Positions 46,415 through 60,813 of a DNA stretch of 64,000 nucleotides are shown here, piece by piece. The first letter of the stretch is position 1, and every line of letters starts with the position of its first letter. A model generated the notes under the pieces. It did not search any database. It saw nothing but the letters and a program-made list of their open reading frames with translations, and was not told where the DNA came from. Source of the DNA: Bacteroidota bacterium (GTDB taxonomy: Bacteria > Bacteroidota > Bacteroidia > Bacteroidales > GCA-2748055); contig JBDLIQ010000001.1 in the NCBI GenBank assembly GCA_039714775.1, positions 19,294-83,293 of the forward strand, read 5' to 3'. Made by a program: the position numbers and the translations under genes.

Positions 46415-47839
46415 ATGATCTACGATCCGCAGGTTTATGCCATTGAAGACAAACCGATGCATCCTTTTATCTCTGAAAAGGAGATTGAGGAGATGCTGCA
46501 AAATGCCACTCCAAACCGGGATGTTGTCCGGGAGATTATCGCAAAATCACTGAGCAAGAGACGGCTCTCCATGCAGGAGACCGCCGTCCTTGTGAATACC
46601 ACCGATCCCGAACTGGTGGAGGAGATCAAGGCGGGGGCCCGGCAACTCAAGGAGCAGGTGTACGGCAAGAGAATTGTCCTGTTCGCACCACTCTATGTGG
46701 GGAACCTCTGTATCAACAACTGCGAATATTGTGGTTTCAGGGCTGCCAACAAGGAGCAGAAGCGGACCACCCTGACCAGGGAGGAGTTGGTTGCGGAGGT
46801 GGAAACCCTTGAAGATATGGGACAGAAAAGACTGATCCTGGTCTATGGGGAGCATCCCCGGTACAATGCAGATTATATTGCGGAAACTGTCCGTACCGTA
46901 TATAAGGTAAAAAAAGGAAACGGGGAGATCCGGAGGGTCAATATTAATGCGGCACCGCTGGATATTGATGGCTTCAGAACGGTGAAGGAGGCTGGAATTG
47001 GCACCTACCAGGTGTTCCAGGAGAGCTACCACAGGGGTGCCTATGCCAAATACCATACAGGCGGTGTGAAGCAACACTATGACTGGAGGATCTCTGCCCT
47101 GGACCGGGCGCAGGAGGCGGGGATTGATGATGTGGGGATCGGGGCGCTCTTCGGACTGTATGACTGGCGTTTTGAGCTCCTCGGACTCATCCGGCATGTG
47201 AACCATTTCGAGGCGGTTTACAATGTGGGCCCCCATACCATCTCATTTCCCAGGCTGAAGAGGGCTTCCAATATGATGTATGATCCAAAATGGAAGGTGA
47301 CCGATGAAGATTTCACCAGGATGGTGGCTATCCTGAGGCTTGCGGTACCCTACACCGGGCTTATACTGACTGCCCGCGAACCTTCTGAGATCCGTGATGA
47401 AGTGCTTGAATTCGGTGTTTCCCAGATTGATGGCGGAACAAAGATCGAGATGAAAGGGTATGCAGAGAAGGATAAAGAACAGGATCTGGATTCAGAGCAA
47501 TTCGAGATCAACGACGGCCGCTCGCTTGCCGATGTGATGGACGATCTGATCGAAAATGAGTACCTGCCCTCCTTCTGCACAGCCTGCTACCGTACCGGCC
47601 GTACCGGTGAGCACTTCATGGAGTTTTCTGTCCCCGGTTTTATTAAAAGGTACTGTACACCCAATGCCATCCTCACCCTGGCCGAATACCTGGAGGATTA
47701 TGGCCGGAACGGGATCAAAGAGAAGGGTTACCGTCTGATCCGGAAAAACGTTGATGAACTGGATGATGACAAGTTCAGGGTGAAGCTGGAAGAGCGCCTT
47801 GAGAGGGTAAAGCAGGGGGAGCGGGACCTATATTTTTAA
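46415..47839 (+). CDS. hydG: [FeFe]-hydrogenase H-cluster radical-SAM maturase HydG
   Basis: 474 aa. Radical-SAM CX3CX2C (CINNCEYCGF) and the HydG-specific C-terminal CX2CX22C (CTACYRTGRTGEHFMEFSVPGFIKRYC), which distinguishes it from ThiH. Confidence 0.9.
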   Translation: MIYDPQVYAIEDKPMHPFISEKEIEEMLQNATPNRDVVREIIAKSLSKRRLSMQETAVLVNTTDPELVEEIKAGARQLKEQVYGKRIVLFAPLYVGNLCINNCEYCGFRAANKEQKRTTLTREELVAEVETLEDMGQKRLILVYGEHPRYNADYIAETVRTVYKVKKGNGEIRRVNINAAPLDIDGFRTVKEAGIGTYQVFQESYHRGAYAKYHTGGVKQHYDWRISALDRAQEAGIDDVGIGALFGLYDWRFELLGLIRHVNHFEAVYNVGPHTISFPRLKRASNMMYDPKWKVTDEDFTRMVAILRLAVPYTGLILTAREPSEIRDEVLEFGVSQIDGGTKIEMKGYAEKDKEQDLDSEQFEINDGRSLADVMDDLIENEYLPSFCTACYRTGRTGEHFMEFSVPGFIKRYCTPNAILTLAEYLEDYGRNGIKEKGYRLIRKNVDELDDDKFRVKLEERLERVKQGERDLYF

Positions 47840-47872
47840 TATATTTACCTTTTCCGTTAATTGTAGATTGAT

Positions 47873-51741
<3,869 letters not shown>

Positions 51742-52071
51742 CTATTTCGCACAATTAACACAGGTCAGGCTTTCCGGCCTGTAAAGAATTCTTGCAGTTG
51801 GAATGGGGTTGCCACATTGAATACAGATGCCGAATTCGCCGGTTCCCACCTGTGACAATACCCGTTGTAAGTTTCTCAATTTCTCTTCAGCCTGCCGCAA
51901 AGATGCTTCAGTCACACTTTTATTGTTGATTGCATCCATACGGGAGATGCGCCCGATGGCACAATCGGGTTCCACAGGCTGTGTCAGCTCTTTATACTCA
52001 GCTACTCTTTTTTCAACCTTCACGATCTCTTTCAGGATATTTTGCCTGATCTCATCCCTTTCCATGGTCAA
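51742..52071 (-). CDS. TraR/DksA-family C4 zinc-finger protein
   Basis: 109 aa. Coiled-coil N-terminus and a C4 finger CIQCGNPI..CVNCA. Confidence 0.8.
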   Translation of the reverse strand: MTMERDEIRQNILKEIVKVEKRVAEYKELTQPVEPDCAIGRISRMDAINNKSVTEASLRQAEEKLRNLQRVLSQVGTGEFGICIQCGNPIPTARILYRPESLTCVNCAK

Positions 52072-52075
52072 TATA

Positions 52076-53167
52076 TTATCTGTTCAAAGCGTATATGGCA
52101 AATGAGCCCAGCCAGTGACCACCTTCGTAGTCATCGCCCACCAGGTTGGGGAGTGAATGGGCCACATGTGTATTGGCCAGTCCGACCAGGTGACTGTAAG
52201 CGGGGTATTGTGCCGCCAGTCCGTAAAACACCCATGCCCTGCTAAAGTTCAGTCCGTCGAGGTGCACCAGCTTCCCGTCGGTCCGGTCTGAAACTTCTCC
52301 CGGTTCCAGCATGAAATCCTCTGATAAAAGCTGTGGCATGAACTGATCCATCCACCCTGTGAACTCATCCCTGTCCAGGATCCTGCGCATCAGATCGATC
52401 TCCTCCAGGCAGGGGGAGAGAAAGTCATACCCGCCGGGTTCCCAGTCAATGGGGCAGCCTCTGTCAGACCCATAGAAGTCCAGGGCCCGTTCCCGGATGA
52501 GAGCCTTTAGCTCCTCGTGTTGAAGGGTGCTGGCATAGTCCCAGGCAAAGCACAATCCAAATGCCGTATTGGTATGTTCACCCACCCTGATGGGGTAATT
52601 CAGTTTGGGCAGGAAATCGATGTACCTCTCCACGATCAGTTGGGTCAGGGGTTGCAGGTTTATCTCAAGCTCCCGTGCAAGGGGATCATCCCAGGTATGT
52701 AACTCTTCTGCCAGTTTCAGTAACCAGCCCCAGCCATAGGTTCGTTCGTATGATCCGGCATGTTCCCCCTGAAAATAGGCCACCTCTGTCCGGATATTGG
52801 TTTCCGAGATGTTTTCAATGAGTCTCCTTCGGATCTCTTCTCCCTGATCCAGCTCCGGAAAAAGCTTCAGTAATTTGACCAGCGACCAATGGCCGTGCAC
52901 CGATGAGTGCCAGTCATAACAACCAAAGAAGGCGGGATGAAGCGTATGCGGTTCTCCCAGCTCCTCTTTGCTCCCAAGGATCTGTCCCAGCTTATTGGGA
53001 TAGACAGTCTGCATGCAGGCCAGGGGTAGCTCAGCAAGGTTGTTGGCCTGTTCAATGGTCAGAAGGAGAGGCTCAGAAGGTGTAATGCCGGATTTTTTTT
53101 CTCCATGTGAACAGCTTTGAACCAGTATGATAAATGATAACAGAGTGAACAATCGCCCTTTTCTCAT
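52076..53167 (-). CDS. DUF2891-family protein, lipoprotein/secreted
   Basis: 363 aa with signal plus Cys (LVQSCS). The family-typical segment HPAFFGCYDWHSSVHGHWSLVKLL is recognised from memory. Confidence 0.65.
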   Translation of the reverse strand: MRKGRLFTLLSFIILVQSCSHGEKKSGITPSEPLLLTIEQANNLAELPLACMQTVYPNKLGQILGSKEELGEPHTLHPAFFGCYDWHSSVHGHWSLVKLLKLFPELDQGEEIRRRLIENISETNIRTEVAYFQGEHAGSYERTYGWGWLLKLAEELHTWDDPLARELEINLQPLTQLIVERYIDFLPKLNYPIRVGEHTNTAFGLCFAWDYASTLQHEELKALIRERALDFYGSDRGCPIDWEPGGYDFLSPCLEEIDLMRRILDRDEFTGWMDQFMPQLLSEDFMLEPGEVSDRTDGKLVHLDGLNFSRAWVFYGLAAQYPAYSHLVGLANTHVAHSLPNLVGDDYEGGHWLGSFAIYALNR

Positions 53168-53235
53168 GTTGTGAATGTGTTATAAAACATGTATAATTGC
53201 AATCTTGAAATACAAAACTAACAAAACTAAACATC

Positions 53236-54111
53236 ATGGATAAAGCTTCAACCATTGTGCTTGCCGCCTCGCTTGTGATCATCATGCTTGGCATGGGGCT
53301 ATCGCTTGTGGCTGACGATTTTAAAAGGATCATGCTCTATCCGAAAGCGGTTATTGTGGGGTTGGTGAACCAGCTGATTCTGCTTCCGCTCATCGGATTT
53401 CTGATTGTAGTGATTTTTCCTTTGAAACCCGAAATTGCCATTGGGATCATGATCCTGGCAGCCTGTCCTGGCGGTCCCACCTCCAATCTGATTGCCCACC
53501 TGGCCAAGGGAGATACGGCACTCTCAGTCACCCTGACTGCACTGAGCAGTTTTATCACCATCCTGACCATCCCTTTTATTGTGAATTTTGCATTGGTCCA
53601 TTTTCTTGAGCAGGGACAGATGATCCGCCTGGATGTGATCGACTCCATCAAGCAGATCTTTGTTATCATCATTATACCCATCGTGATTGGGATGCTGATC
53701 AGGAAGCATGCCGAAGGATTTGCCCTTAAAATGGCCAGGCCGGTCAGGATTGCATCAGCACTTGTACTGGCACTTGTGATCATCGGTATTGTGCTTAAAG
53801 AGAGAGCGAACATGGTCTCCTATTTCCAGCAGGCGGGAGTTGTCGCACTGCTGCTTAACATGACCACCATGACGGTGGGATATTTTACGGCAAAACTCTT
53901 CAGGATCAAGGACAGCCGGGCCATCTCCATCTCCATCGAATCGGGAATTCAGAACGGAACACTGGCCATCTCGGTGGCCGTGGTGCTGCTGGGGAGCACA
54001 GAACTTGCCATTGCTCCGGCCATCTACAGCCTGCTGATGTTCTTTACCGGTGGTGTGGTGATCTTTTTCGGGTTAAGACGAGATAAACGCATCGGTATGG
54101 CAGCGGCATAA
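53236..54111 (+). CDS. Bile acid:sodium symporter (BASS/SBF-like) family transporter
   Basis: 291 aa, polytopic. Motifs LAACPGGPTSN and SIESGIQNGTLA are typical of BASS. Confidence 0.82.
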   Translation: MDKASTIVLAASLVIIMLGMGLSLVADDFKRIMLYPKAVIVGLVNQLILLPLIGFLIVVIFPLKPEIAIGIMILAACPGGPTSNLIAHLAKGDTALSVTLTALSSFITILTIPFIVNFALVHFLEQGQMIRLDVIDSIKQIFVIIIIPIVIGMLIRKHAEGFALKMARPVRIASALVLALVIIGIVLKERANMVSYFQQAGVVALLLNMTTMTVGYFTAKLFRIKDSRAISISIESGIQNGTLAISVAVVLLGSTELAIAPAIYSLLMFFTGGVVIFFGLRRDKRIGMAAA

Positions 54112-54134
54112 GTTGACCTGCCGGAATTGTTTGA

Positions 54135-55220
54135 TCAATCTCCGGCCAGCCGCCTGTCGTAATGCTTTGAATCGCCCCACTGCCCGTAGCCGATCTCACC
54201 ATCGGCCAGCTGGATACGTACATCCAGGCAATTCATACACTCTTCGGGCTCCTCGTCCACACAGGGTTTGTTCTCATAAAGGGCATAGTCGTTCCTGAAT
54301 TTTCCCGGTGTGATGTTGGGCATGATGATGTTGGCACCCACCTTAACGGCCTTCTCCCTGCCCAGCGGATCGATGGCCTGCAGGGCGGTGGCCGCGGCAA
54401 TGTTGATGTCCTTCATCAGGATCCTCAGAATGGCAACCATCTTTAGTGAGAGGTCAAACCGCTCCTGGATAGGAAGCAAATCACTTCGGTATTGGAAGAG
54501 TGGTGTGTTTTGGTGTTCGATGTAGGGGCCCATGCCCACCATGTCCACATCGAACTGTTTCATAAAGAGCAGGTCGTCGGCCAGGTGCCCGGTATCCTGG
54601 AAGGGCAGGCCTATCATCACCCCTGTGCCGGTTTGGTACCCGATCCGCTGAAGGGTCTTCAGGCAGGTGAGTCTTCGGGCATAGTCGTGAAGGGTGTCGG
54701 TGGGGTGGTACTGCTTATATAGTTCAGGGTCGGAAGTTTCGATCCTCAACAGGTAGCGGTGTGCCCCGGCCTCAAACCAGCGCCTGTACACCTCCTCTTT
54801 CTGTTCCCCCAGGGAGAGTGTGATCCCCAGTTTTCCATTTGAAAGCTTTTTGATCTCTTTCAACAGCTGTTCGATCCTGCCGGTAAAGGCGGGGGACTCC
54901 AGTTCGCCGGACTGTAAAACCAATGAACCGTAACTGTTCTCATGGGCAAACCGGGCAGCGTCCAGGATCTGCTGATCGGTCACATTGTAGCGGTGCGCCT
55001 CGCTGTTGGACCTCCTGATGCCGCAATAGTAGCAGTCCTTCCCGCAGATGTTGGAGAACTCCACCAGTCCCCTGAAATGGACCAGGTTACCGATTTCACG
55101 CAGTTTCACCTCTGTAGCTTTTCTGAACAGCAGTTGTTGATCTTCGCCGGTGGCTTCGAGGAGTCTGATGATCTCATCCCGTCCAAATTGCTCCCTCTTC
55201 AGTATCTCCTTCACTTCCAT
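54135..55220 (-). CDS. hydE: [FeFe]-hydrogenase H-cluster radical-SAM maturase HydE
   Basis: 361 aa. BioB-like fold with CX3CX2C (CGKDCYYCGI). It is adjacent to and co-oriented with hydF. Confidence 0.85.
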   Translation of the reverse strand: MEVKEILKREQFGRDEIIRLLEATGEDQQLLFRKATEVKLREIGNLVHFRGLVEFSNICGKDCYYCGIRRSNSEAHRYNVTDQQILDAARFAHENSYGSLVLQSGELESPAFTGRIEQLLKEIKKLSNGKLGITLSLGEQKEEVYRRWFEAGAHRYLLRIETSDPELYKQYHPTDTLHDYARRLTCLKTLQRIGYQTGTGVMIGLPFQDTGHLADDLLFMKQFDVDMVGMGPYIEHQNTPLFQYRSDLLPIQERFDLSLKMVAILRILMKDINIAAATALQAIDPLGREKAVKVGANIIMPNITPGKFRNDYALYENKPCVDEEPEECMNCLDVRIQLADGEIGYGQWGDSKHYDRRLAGD

Positions 55221-55245
55221 ATCAGTCTCTCATTTACAGGTAGGT

Positions 55246-56463
55246 TTATGAACCGGTCTCCAGCTTCACAAAGGGGGCGATGGCCCTGTTGTAGATCCCG
55301 TGCATGTAGGCAATGGCCATGCCGTAATTGGTGACCGGGATTCCGGCTTCAATGGCCGGTTTGAGGCGGTTGATCAGTTGCTTCCGGGTGATCATGCACC
55401 CCCCGCACTGAATCACCATGCTGTAATCGCTGATGGTTCCGGGGATCTTGTCCAGTCCGGCAACCACCTCATATTCAAGTTGTTTTCCGGAGAAATTGGA
55501 GAGCCACCCGGGGATCTTCACCCTGCCTATGTCATCACATGTGACCTGGTGTGTGCATGATTCCAGAATCAGGATCCGGTCGCCGTTTTCCAGGTCTGAC
55601 AGGTGGGGAGTCCCTTTCAGATAGTGCTCAAAATCCCCTTTATATCGTGCCAGCAGGGTACTGAAGCTGGTGAGTGGGATCTCATCGGGGATGGAGGCAT
55701 CTGCTTTTTTAAATACCTGGCTGTCGGTGATGACCAGTGAAGGTTTGGGGCGGAGCGTCTTCATCAGTGTATCCACCTCCTGCTCCTTGGCCACCACGAC
55801 AATGGCATCGTTATCCAGGATATCCCGGATGGCCTGCATCTGGGGGAGGATCATTCTGCCTTCGGGAGCTTCTGTATCAATGGGGGTGATCAGCAATACC
55901 AGATCGCCCCGGGAGATGATCTCCCCAACCATTGATTTGGTGAGGTAGGCTGTTTCGGGAATGGCCAATCTGATCTGTTCAATGAGCCCCTCCCGGTTGT
56001 GTGGGTCCAGTGTTGAAAAACTGAATACCATGTGGCCGCTCTCTTTCTCTATCCTCTTTTTCAGCTTATGATCAACAGGTTCAAGATCAGATTTGTTGTG
56101 GATCACCAGGTAGGGAACCTCCCATTTTTCAAACTGCTTTACGATCGACGCTTCTGCCTCTTCATACAGATTCCCGGCCAGCACCAGGATTCCCAGGTCG
56201 ATGCTTCTGATCACCTCGCGTGTTCTTGCCACCCGCTTTTTACCCAGTTCACCTCTGTCATCTGCTCCGGCTGTATCGATTATCACAGCAGGACCAATTC
56301 CAAAGATCTCCATCGATTTTTTTACAGGATCGGTGGTGGTGCCTGGTTCACCGGAGACAATGGCCACCTCCTGACCGGCCAGGCAGTTGATCAGTGACGA
56401 TTTCCCGTTGTTCCTTCTGCCGAAGATCCCGATGTGCGGTTTGGCGTCCCGTCCTCTGCGCAT
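55246..56463 (-). CDS. hydF: [FeFe]-hydrogenase H-cluster maturation GTPase HydF
   Basis: 405 aa. G1 motif GRRNNGKSSLIN, G3 DTAG and G4 NKSD. C-terminal cluster-binding Cys motifs ESCTHQ and QCGGC. Confidence 0.88.
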   Translation of the reverse strand: MRRGRDAKPHIGIFGRRNNGKSSLINCLAGQEVAIVSGEPGTTTDPVKKSMEIFGIGPAVIIDTAGADDRGELGKKRVARTREVIRSIDLGILVLAGNLYEEAEASIVKQFEKWEVPYLVIHNKSDLEPVDHKLKKRIEKESGHMVFSFSTLDPHNREGLIEQIRLAIPETAYLTKSMVGEIISRGDLVLLITPIDTEAPEGRMILPQMQAIRDILDNDAIVVVAKEQEVDTLMKTLRPKPSLVITDSQVFKKADASIPDEIPLTSFSTLLARYKGDFEHYLKGTPHLSDLENGDRILILESCTHQVTCDDIGRVKIPGWLSNFSGKQLEYEVVAGLDKIPGTISDYSMVIQCGGCMITRKQLINRLKPAIEAGIPVTNYGMAIAYMHGIYNRAIAPFVKLETGS

Positions 56464-57107
56464 TAATTGGGGGTAAGTTTCAGAATGATTCCTCCGGAAA
56501 ACTCTCCCTGGAACGGCGTGATCCGTGTGTAGACACTACTGCCACAGCTACTGCCCCCGGTACCTATTCCACAACCAAATCCAAATCCATTAAATACCAT
56601 GGGCATCAGCATGGAGCCCTGCAGGCGAATCCCCAGGAAATCGGTAAGCCAGATCTTCAATCCGGCACCCAGTGTGGCGCTGAACTGGGTCTTGCTGTTC
56701 AGCTGTGCGGTTTTCGGACTCCAGACAGCAAGCCCCAAACCAATGGTGGTAAAGGGTGCTACCGGACCAAAATGGACCTCCTGCAAACCAGCCACATGGA
56801 TGTAGTTGGAGCTGAACGGTACCACTTCAGAGACGGTGCCAAAGATGGGGTAGAACCGTCCTTCGGTATCAGCACGCATGTATGAGATCTCTGCATAGGT
56901 GGTGGAGGACATGCCCACGGCGATCTTTCCCCCGTAGTTCATGGCATCCTGGATCCTGAAATCGCCATCATACAACCGGGCGGTCCCTCCGAACTGCCAG
57001 CCTGCAAAACTGTTTATCTCGATCGCCTGGCCCCTCAGGTCCTGAACGGAAATCATCACACTTACTATGAGGATTGCGATGAGTAGCTTTTCTATTTTCT
57101 GTTTCAT
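56463..57107 (-). CDS. Outer-membrane beta-barrel (porin-family) protein
   Basis: Signal peptide after the ATG at 57107 (MKQKIEKLLIAILIVSVMISVQ). Gly/aromatic-rich beta pattern. Its stop overlaps the hydF start by 1 nt (TAATG). Confidence 0.6.
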   Translation of the reverse strand: MKQKIEKLLIAILIVSVMISVQDLRGQAIEINSFAGWQFGGTARLYDGDFRIQDAMNYGGKIAVGMSSTTYAEISYMRADTEGRFYPIFGTVSEVVPFSSNYIHVAGLQEVHFGPVAPFTTIGLGLAVWSPKTAQLNSKTQFSATLGAGLKIWLTDFLGIRLQGSMLMPMVFNGFGFGCGIGTGGSSCGSSVYTRITPFQGEFSGGIILKLTPN

Positions 57108-57175
57108 GTTTTGAAGTATTATAGCACTATAACGAATAAGATCGGTTTCGGTTCGCCGGAGGTTGAAAAACAGGG

Positions 57176-57901
57176 TCAATTATCGCCATCCTGCTTTTCA
57201 ATAAACGGGAATGAGGCTCCGAACTGAAAAGTCGAATTGGTGTGACGGATCTCATTATCTGTTGAGATATCAATAAAACCCTGTGTATAGCGGATGTATA
57301 GGTTCATGCCCTTTCCGGCAATGGTTTCGGATACCTTGAAAGTGATATTCACTGCGGCAGCCACATCATACCTGCTGACTATATCTTTGATATCAATTTC
57401 GGTAGTGAGTATGGTACCGTTGATCGGACTGGACTCGTAGATATCCACCGCCCCTGTAAGGTAGCTGAACTGTGGACCGGCTGAAAGACTCCACCTCTCT
57501 CCCAGCTTCATTTTCAGCAATACCGGGACATCGATATAATTCAGCTTCCGGTCCGTTGAACTGGGAACGTTACCAAGCAGGGCATCCAGTTCGGGATTCC
57601 CGGTGGTTAGAATGGGTACATCGGTCACCCCCCGGGGCGAAAGGGCAAGGAACTCGGGTGTGAGAAAGAATCTTTCACTCAGTTTGATGTTGTTCACCAG
57701 TCCGAAGTTGGGTCCCCACCTGTTGCTTCCCTCTTCCACTCCATTAACCATGGAGTAGTTGGCCCCTACTTTCAGGCTAAAGTAGAAGTTCTCGCTTGCC
57801 ACCTTCTCTCCGAAGATCAGCACCAGAAGTGCGGCCTGTCCTTTCACTACACCCTGGCCTGCCAACAGCAATATAAAAACCAGATAAAACACCTTTTTCA
57901 T
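57176..57901 (-). CDS. Outer-membrane beta-barrel (porin-family) protein
   Basis: Signal peptide after the ATG at 57901 (MKKVFYLVFILLLAGQGVVKGQ). Alternating beta strands, with a terminal F within ..GASFPFIEK. Confidence 0.6.
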   Translation of the reverse strand: MKKVFYLVFILLLAGQGVVKGQAALLVLIFGEKVASENFYFSLKVGANYSMVNGVEEGSNRWGPNFGLVNNIKLSERFFLTPEFLALSPRGVTDVPILTTGNPELDALLGNVPSSTDRKLNYIDVPVLLKMKLGERWSLSAGPQFSYLTGAVDIYESSPINGTILTTEIDIKDIVSRYDVAAAVNITFKVSETIAGKGMNLYIRYTQGFIDISTDNEIRHTNSTFQFGASFPFIEKQDGDN

Positions 57902-57970
57902 GAGAGTAAATATAGGCATTAGTGCATCATTTGGTATTAAAGATTCGATAACAATGCTATTTTTGTTCTT

Positions 57971-59041
57971 ATGAAAAGTGCTTGTTTTACAGTTTTCATA
58001 CTTTTTTTACTCTTCATGATCCCCGGGCAGGGTAAGGCGCAGCTATTCGATGAGAGCAACCTGATCAAGTACGATACCAGTTATATTACTGCCTACAGGA
58101 ATGAGCTCACAACCAGGCTCTATCTCTCCAGGAAACAGAATGGCTACAACCTCTCCGAGCGACTACTCAATCCATGGATCAAATACAGGACCAACGACAA
58201 CCTCCTGCTGGGAATTGGATATACCTATAGCTTTATGACCCTGAACCTGGCCATCAAATTTCCATTTATCAATGTGGATGAGGATCTATATGGAGAGTCA
58301 AAATATATTGATCTTCAGAGTCATACTATTTTCAGGAGCTACATTGTGGATTTCTACATGCAGTGGAACAAGGGGTATTATATATCGAACCCGGAGCAGG
58401 TCTATCCCCATCTGCCAAGGGAGCTGATTATGCCACAACGGGGCGACATGCGCACCAACCTGGTGGGATTGAATATCCAGTACCTGTTTAATTCGAAGAG
58501 GTACTCCTACAAGGCATCTTTTGTGCAGAATGAGTTTCAGCGCAAGAGTGCAGGGTCACCCATTGCAGGGATGGAGGCATACTGGATGCTGGCAATGACC
58601 GATTCAGCCACAGTTGGGGGAGACATTCCGCCCATTGGGTACCTTAACAACCACCCCTTTAACCAGTCGGATATTATCAACGTTGGGTTTAATGGCGGGT
58701 ATGCCTACACTTTTGTTTGGCAGAAGAACCTCTACCTCTCTCTCTCAACCGTGGTTGGGATCTCCGGGGGGCACAACTGGATTCACTATACACCCACTTC
58801 GGAGACCCAGTTTTCGAGATTCACTGTCGGATTCAACAACTCCACCCGGATCTCTTTCGGCTACAACAGCAAGAGCTACTATGTGGGCATGAGCTTCATC
58901 TCTTTTTCCATGACCAACAGGGTGGGGCATGAAGGGAACTGGATGGGGTATAATACAGGAAACATCCGTTTTAACATTGTGAAAAGGTTTATTACCAAAC
59001 GGCCCATAAAGATCCTGCGTCCCGATCTGTGGAACTTATAA
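57971..59041 (+). CDS. Secreted beta-rich protein (DUF4421-like, putative outer-membrane)
   Basis: 356 aa with a signal peptide. Tyr/Asn-rich beta-strand pattern. The family assignment is from memory only. Confidence 0.5.
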   Translation: MKSACFTVFILFLLFMIPGQGKAQLFDESNLIKYDTSYITAYRNELTTRLYLSRKQNGYNLSERLLNPWIKYRTNDNLLLGIGYTYSFMTLNLAIKFPFINVDEDLYGESKYIDLQSHTIFRSYIVDFYMQWNKGYYISNPEQVYPHLPRELIMPQRGDMRTNLVGLNIQYLFNSKRYSYKASFVQNEFQRKSAGSPIAGMEAYWMLAMTDSATVGGDIPPIGYLNNHPFNQSDIINVGFNGGYAYTFVWQKNLYLSLSTVVGISGGHNWIHYTPTSETQFSRFTVGFNNSTRISFGYNSKSYYVGMSFISFSMTNRVGHEGNWMGYNTGNIRFNIVKRFITKRPIKILRPDLWNL

Positions 59042-59061
59042 ATGTAAATGTGCTGCAACTC

Positions 59062-60093
59062 ATGAACCGGATCCGCACCATACTAGCTATTTTTTTGCTG
59101 GCAGTCAGCCATGCAGCATGGGGAGGGCTCAATATCGATACCATCTATTTTCAGAATGGTGACCGGGTAACCGGGGAGGTGCTGGAGCTAACTAACAATC
59201 AAATGCGTTTTAATACCGATGATGCAGGAACCATCAAGATTGAATGGAACACGGTGGACAGTGTAATGGTTCTGAATACCATGCGTATCGTACTGGATGA
59301 CGGGCATATCATGTATGGTCAGATCCATTTTGGAGATGATGATGGCACCGGTACCATTCGTCCCATCGGCGGAATCCCCATGTGGGTCTACCTTGTGAGG
59401 ATTGTCTCCCTTACCCCGGTGGCGGAGCGCTTTATTGACAGGCTGGGCGGGCAATTCAGTTCAGGATTCAGCTATGCAAAGGCGAGCGAAGTGATGCAGT
59501 TTAACCTGAGTGGATCACTGGATTACGATGCTGAAAAAAACCACATGGGGCTCTTTTATGACGGCAATGTGACAAATGATCCGGTTTCGGGGAGGGACCA
59601 GCGGCAAAAGGGAGGGACAAACTACAAGAGGTACCTGCCCAAAAAGTGGTTCCTGGTGGCACAGTTTACAGCTGAAGAGAACTCTGAGCTGGATCTTGAC
59701 CTGAGGACCAGTATTGAGTTTGGTGGAGGCAACAGCCTGATCTACTCCAACCGGATGCGTCTCGATGCCGGTGCGGGTCTTCTTGCCAACAGAGAGTGGT
59801 CCATGGACCTTACTGCCAATAACCTGGAGACAGTTTTTGTGGGTGAATACTCCATCTATATTTATGATGCCCCCGAGGTCTCATTCAATTTTCATATAAA
59901 TGTGCTGCCCAGCCTGAGCGATCCTGGCAGGGTGCGTAATGAGATCGATTCCAGCCTGAAGTGGGAGGTATTCACCGATTTCTTTCTGAAGTGGTCTTTC
60001 TATTACAGTTATGACAGCAGGCCCCTTTCGGTGGATGCGGAGAAAAACGACTGGGCCATTACCATGTTAGGGATCGAATATGAGCTTAAATAG
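59062..60093 (+). CDS. DUF481-like outer-membrane beta-barrel protein
   Basis: Signal peptide after the ATG at 59062 (MNRIRTILAIFLLAVSHAAWG). The C-terminal two thirds show DUF481-type strands (FSSGFSYAKASE..WSFYYSYDSRP) and end GIEYELK. Confidence 0.55.
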   Translation: MNRIRTILAIFLLAVSHAAWGGLNIDTIYFQNGDRVTGEVLELTNNQMRFNTDDAGTIKIEWNTVDSVMVLNTMRIVLDDGHIMYGQIHFGDDDGTGTIRPIGGIPMWVYLVRIVSLTPVAERFIDRLGGQFSSGFSYAKASEVMQFNLSGSLDYDAEKNHMGLFYDGNVTNDPVSGRDQRQKGGTNYKRYLPKKWFLVAQFTAEENSELDLDLRTSIEFGGGNSLIYSNRMRLDAGAGLLANREWSMDLTANNLETVFVGEYSIYIYDAPEVSFNFHINVLPSLSDPGRVRNEIDSSLKWEVFTDFFLKWSFYYSYDSRPLSVDAEKNDWAITMLGIEYELK

Positions 60094-60187
60094 GTTCCGG
60101 AATTGAAGAGCTACACTTGAACAACTTCATTGTGATACTTGTTATAAATGTGATTTAACTCCAACATCATTTGAAAAAAAGAAAAAA

Positions 60188-60772
60188 ATGAAACCTGTAA
60201 AGACAATTGCTTTCCTGATCACGGCCCTTCTTATGATGGCCGGATGCTCCCCGGTAAAAGTGATTACCGACACAAAATCTGGAGCCGACTTTTCCGGATT
60301 CGAAACCTTCAAAGTGGTCCACTTTGTAAATGAGGAGGATCACCAGGCCAATAAGTTCAGGATCAACCCCATGAACCGGGACCGGATCAAAGAGGCCATT
60401 GCGCTGAATGCGGAACTAAGGGGGATGAAGCGGGTTGAATCTGATCCCGATGTGGTCCTGCTCTGGGCTACCGATGTGGATATTGAAAAATCTTATTCAA
60501 CAAGTACTACCTATGCGGGGGGATCCTATTGGGGTTATCGTGGCAGGTATTACTATAATACTGGTCCGGCCTATAGCACCACAGATGTGAATGAGTATTA
60601 CGTAGGGAAACTGAACATCTCCATTGTGGTGCCGGGTGATGAGGAGATGATGTGGTACGGACAGGGAGAGAAGGATATCTCAGGCGATGCGGGGAAGGCA
60701 GAGGAGACCATCAACCTGATTGTCGGTAAGATCATGGAGCAGTTCCCCATTGGAGCTTTACCTGAAAACTAA
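60188..60772 (+). CDS. DUF4136-family lipoprotein
   Basis: 194 aa. Lipobox LMMAGCS, followed by the DUF4136-typical DFSGFETFKVV. Confidence 0.65.
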   Translation: MKPVKTIAFLITALLMMAGCSPVKVITDTKSGADFSGFETFKVVHFVNEEDHQANKFRINPMNRDRIKEAIALNAELRGMKRVESDPDVVLLWATDVDIEKSYSTSTTYAGGSYWGYRGRYYYNTGPAYSTTDVNEYYVGKLNISIVVPGDEEMMWYGQGEKDISGDAGKAEETINLIVGKIMEQFPIGALPEN

Positions 60773-60813
60773 TTCAACAGAGATTTCTTAATATTAATTC
60801 TTAACCATTAGTC

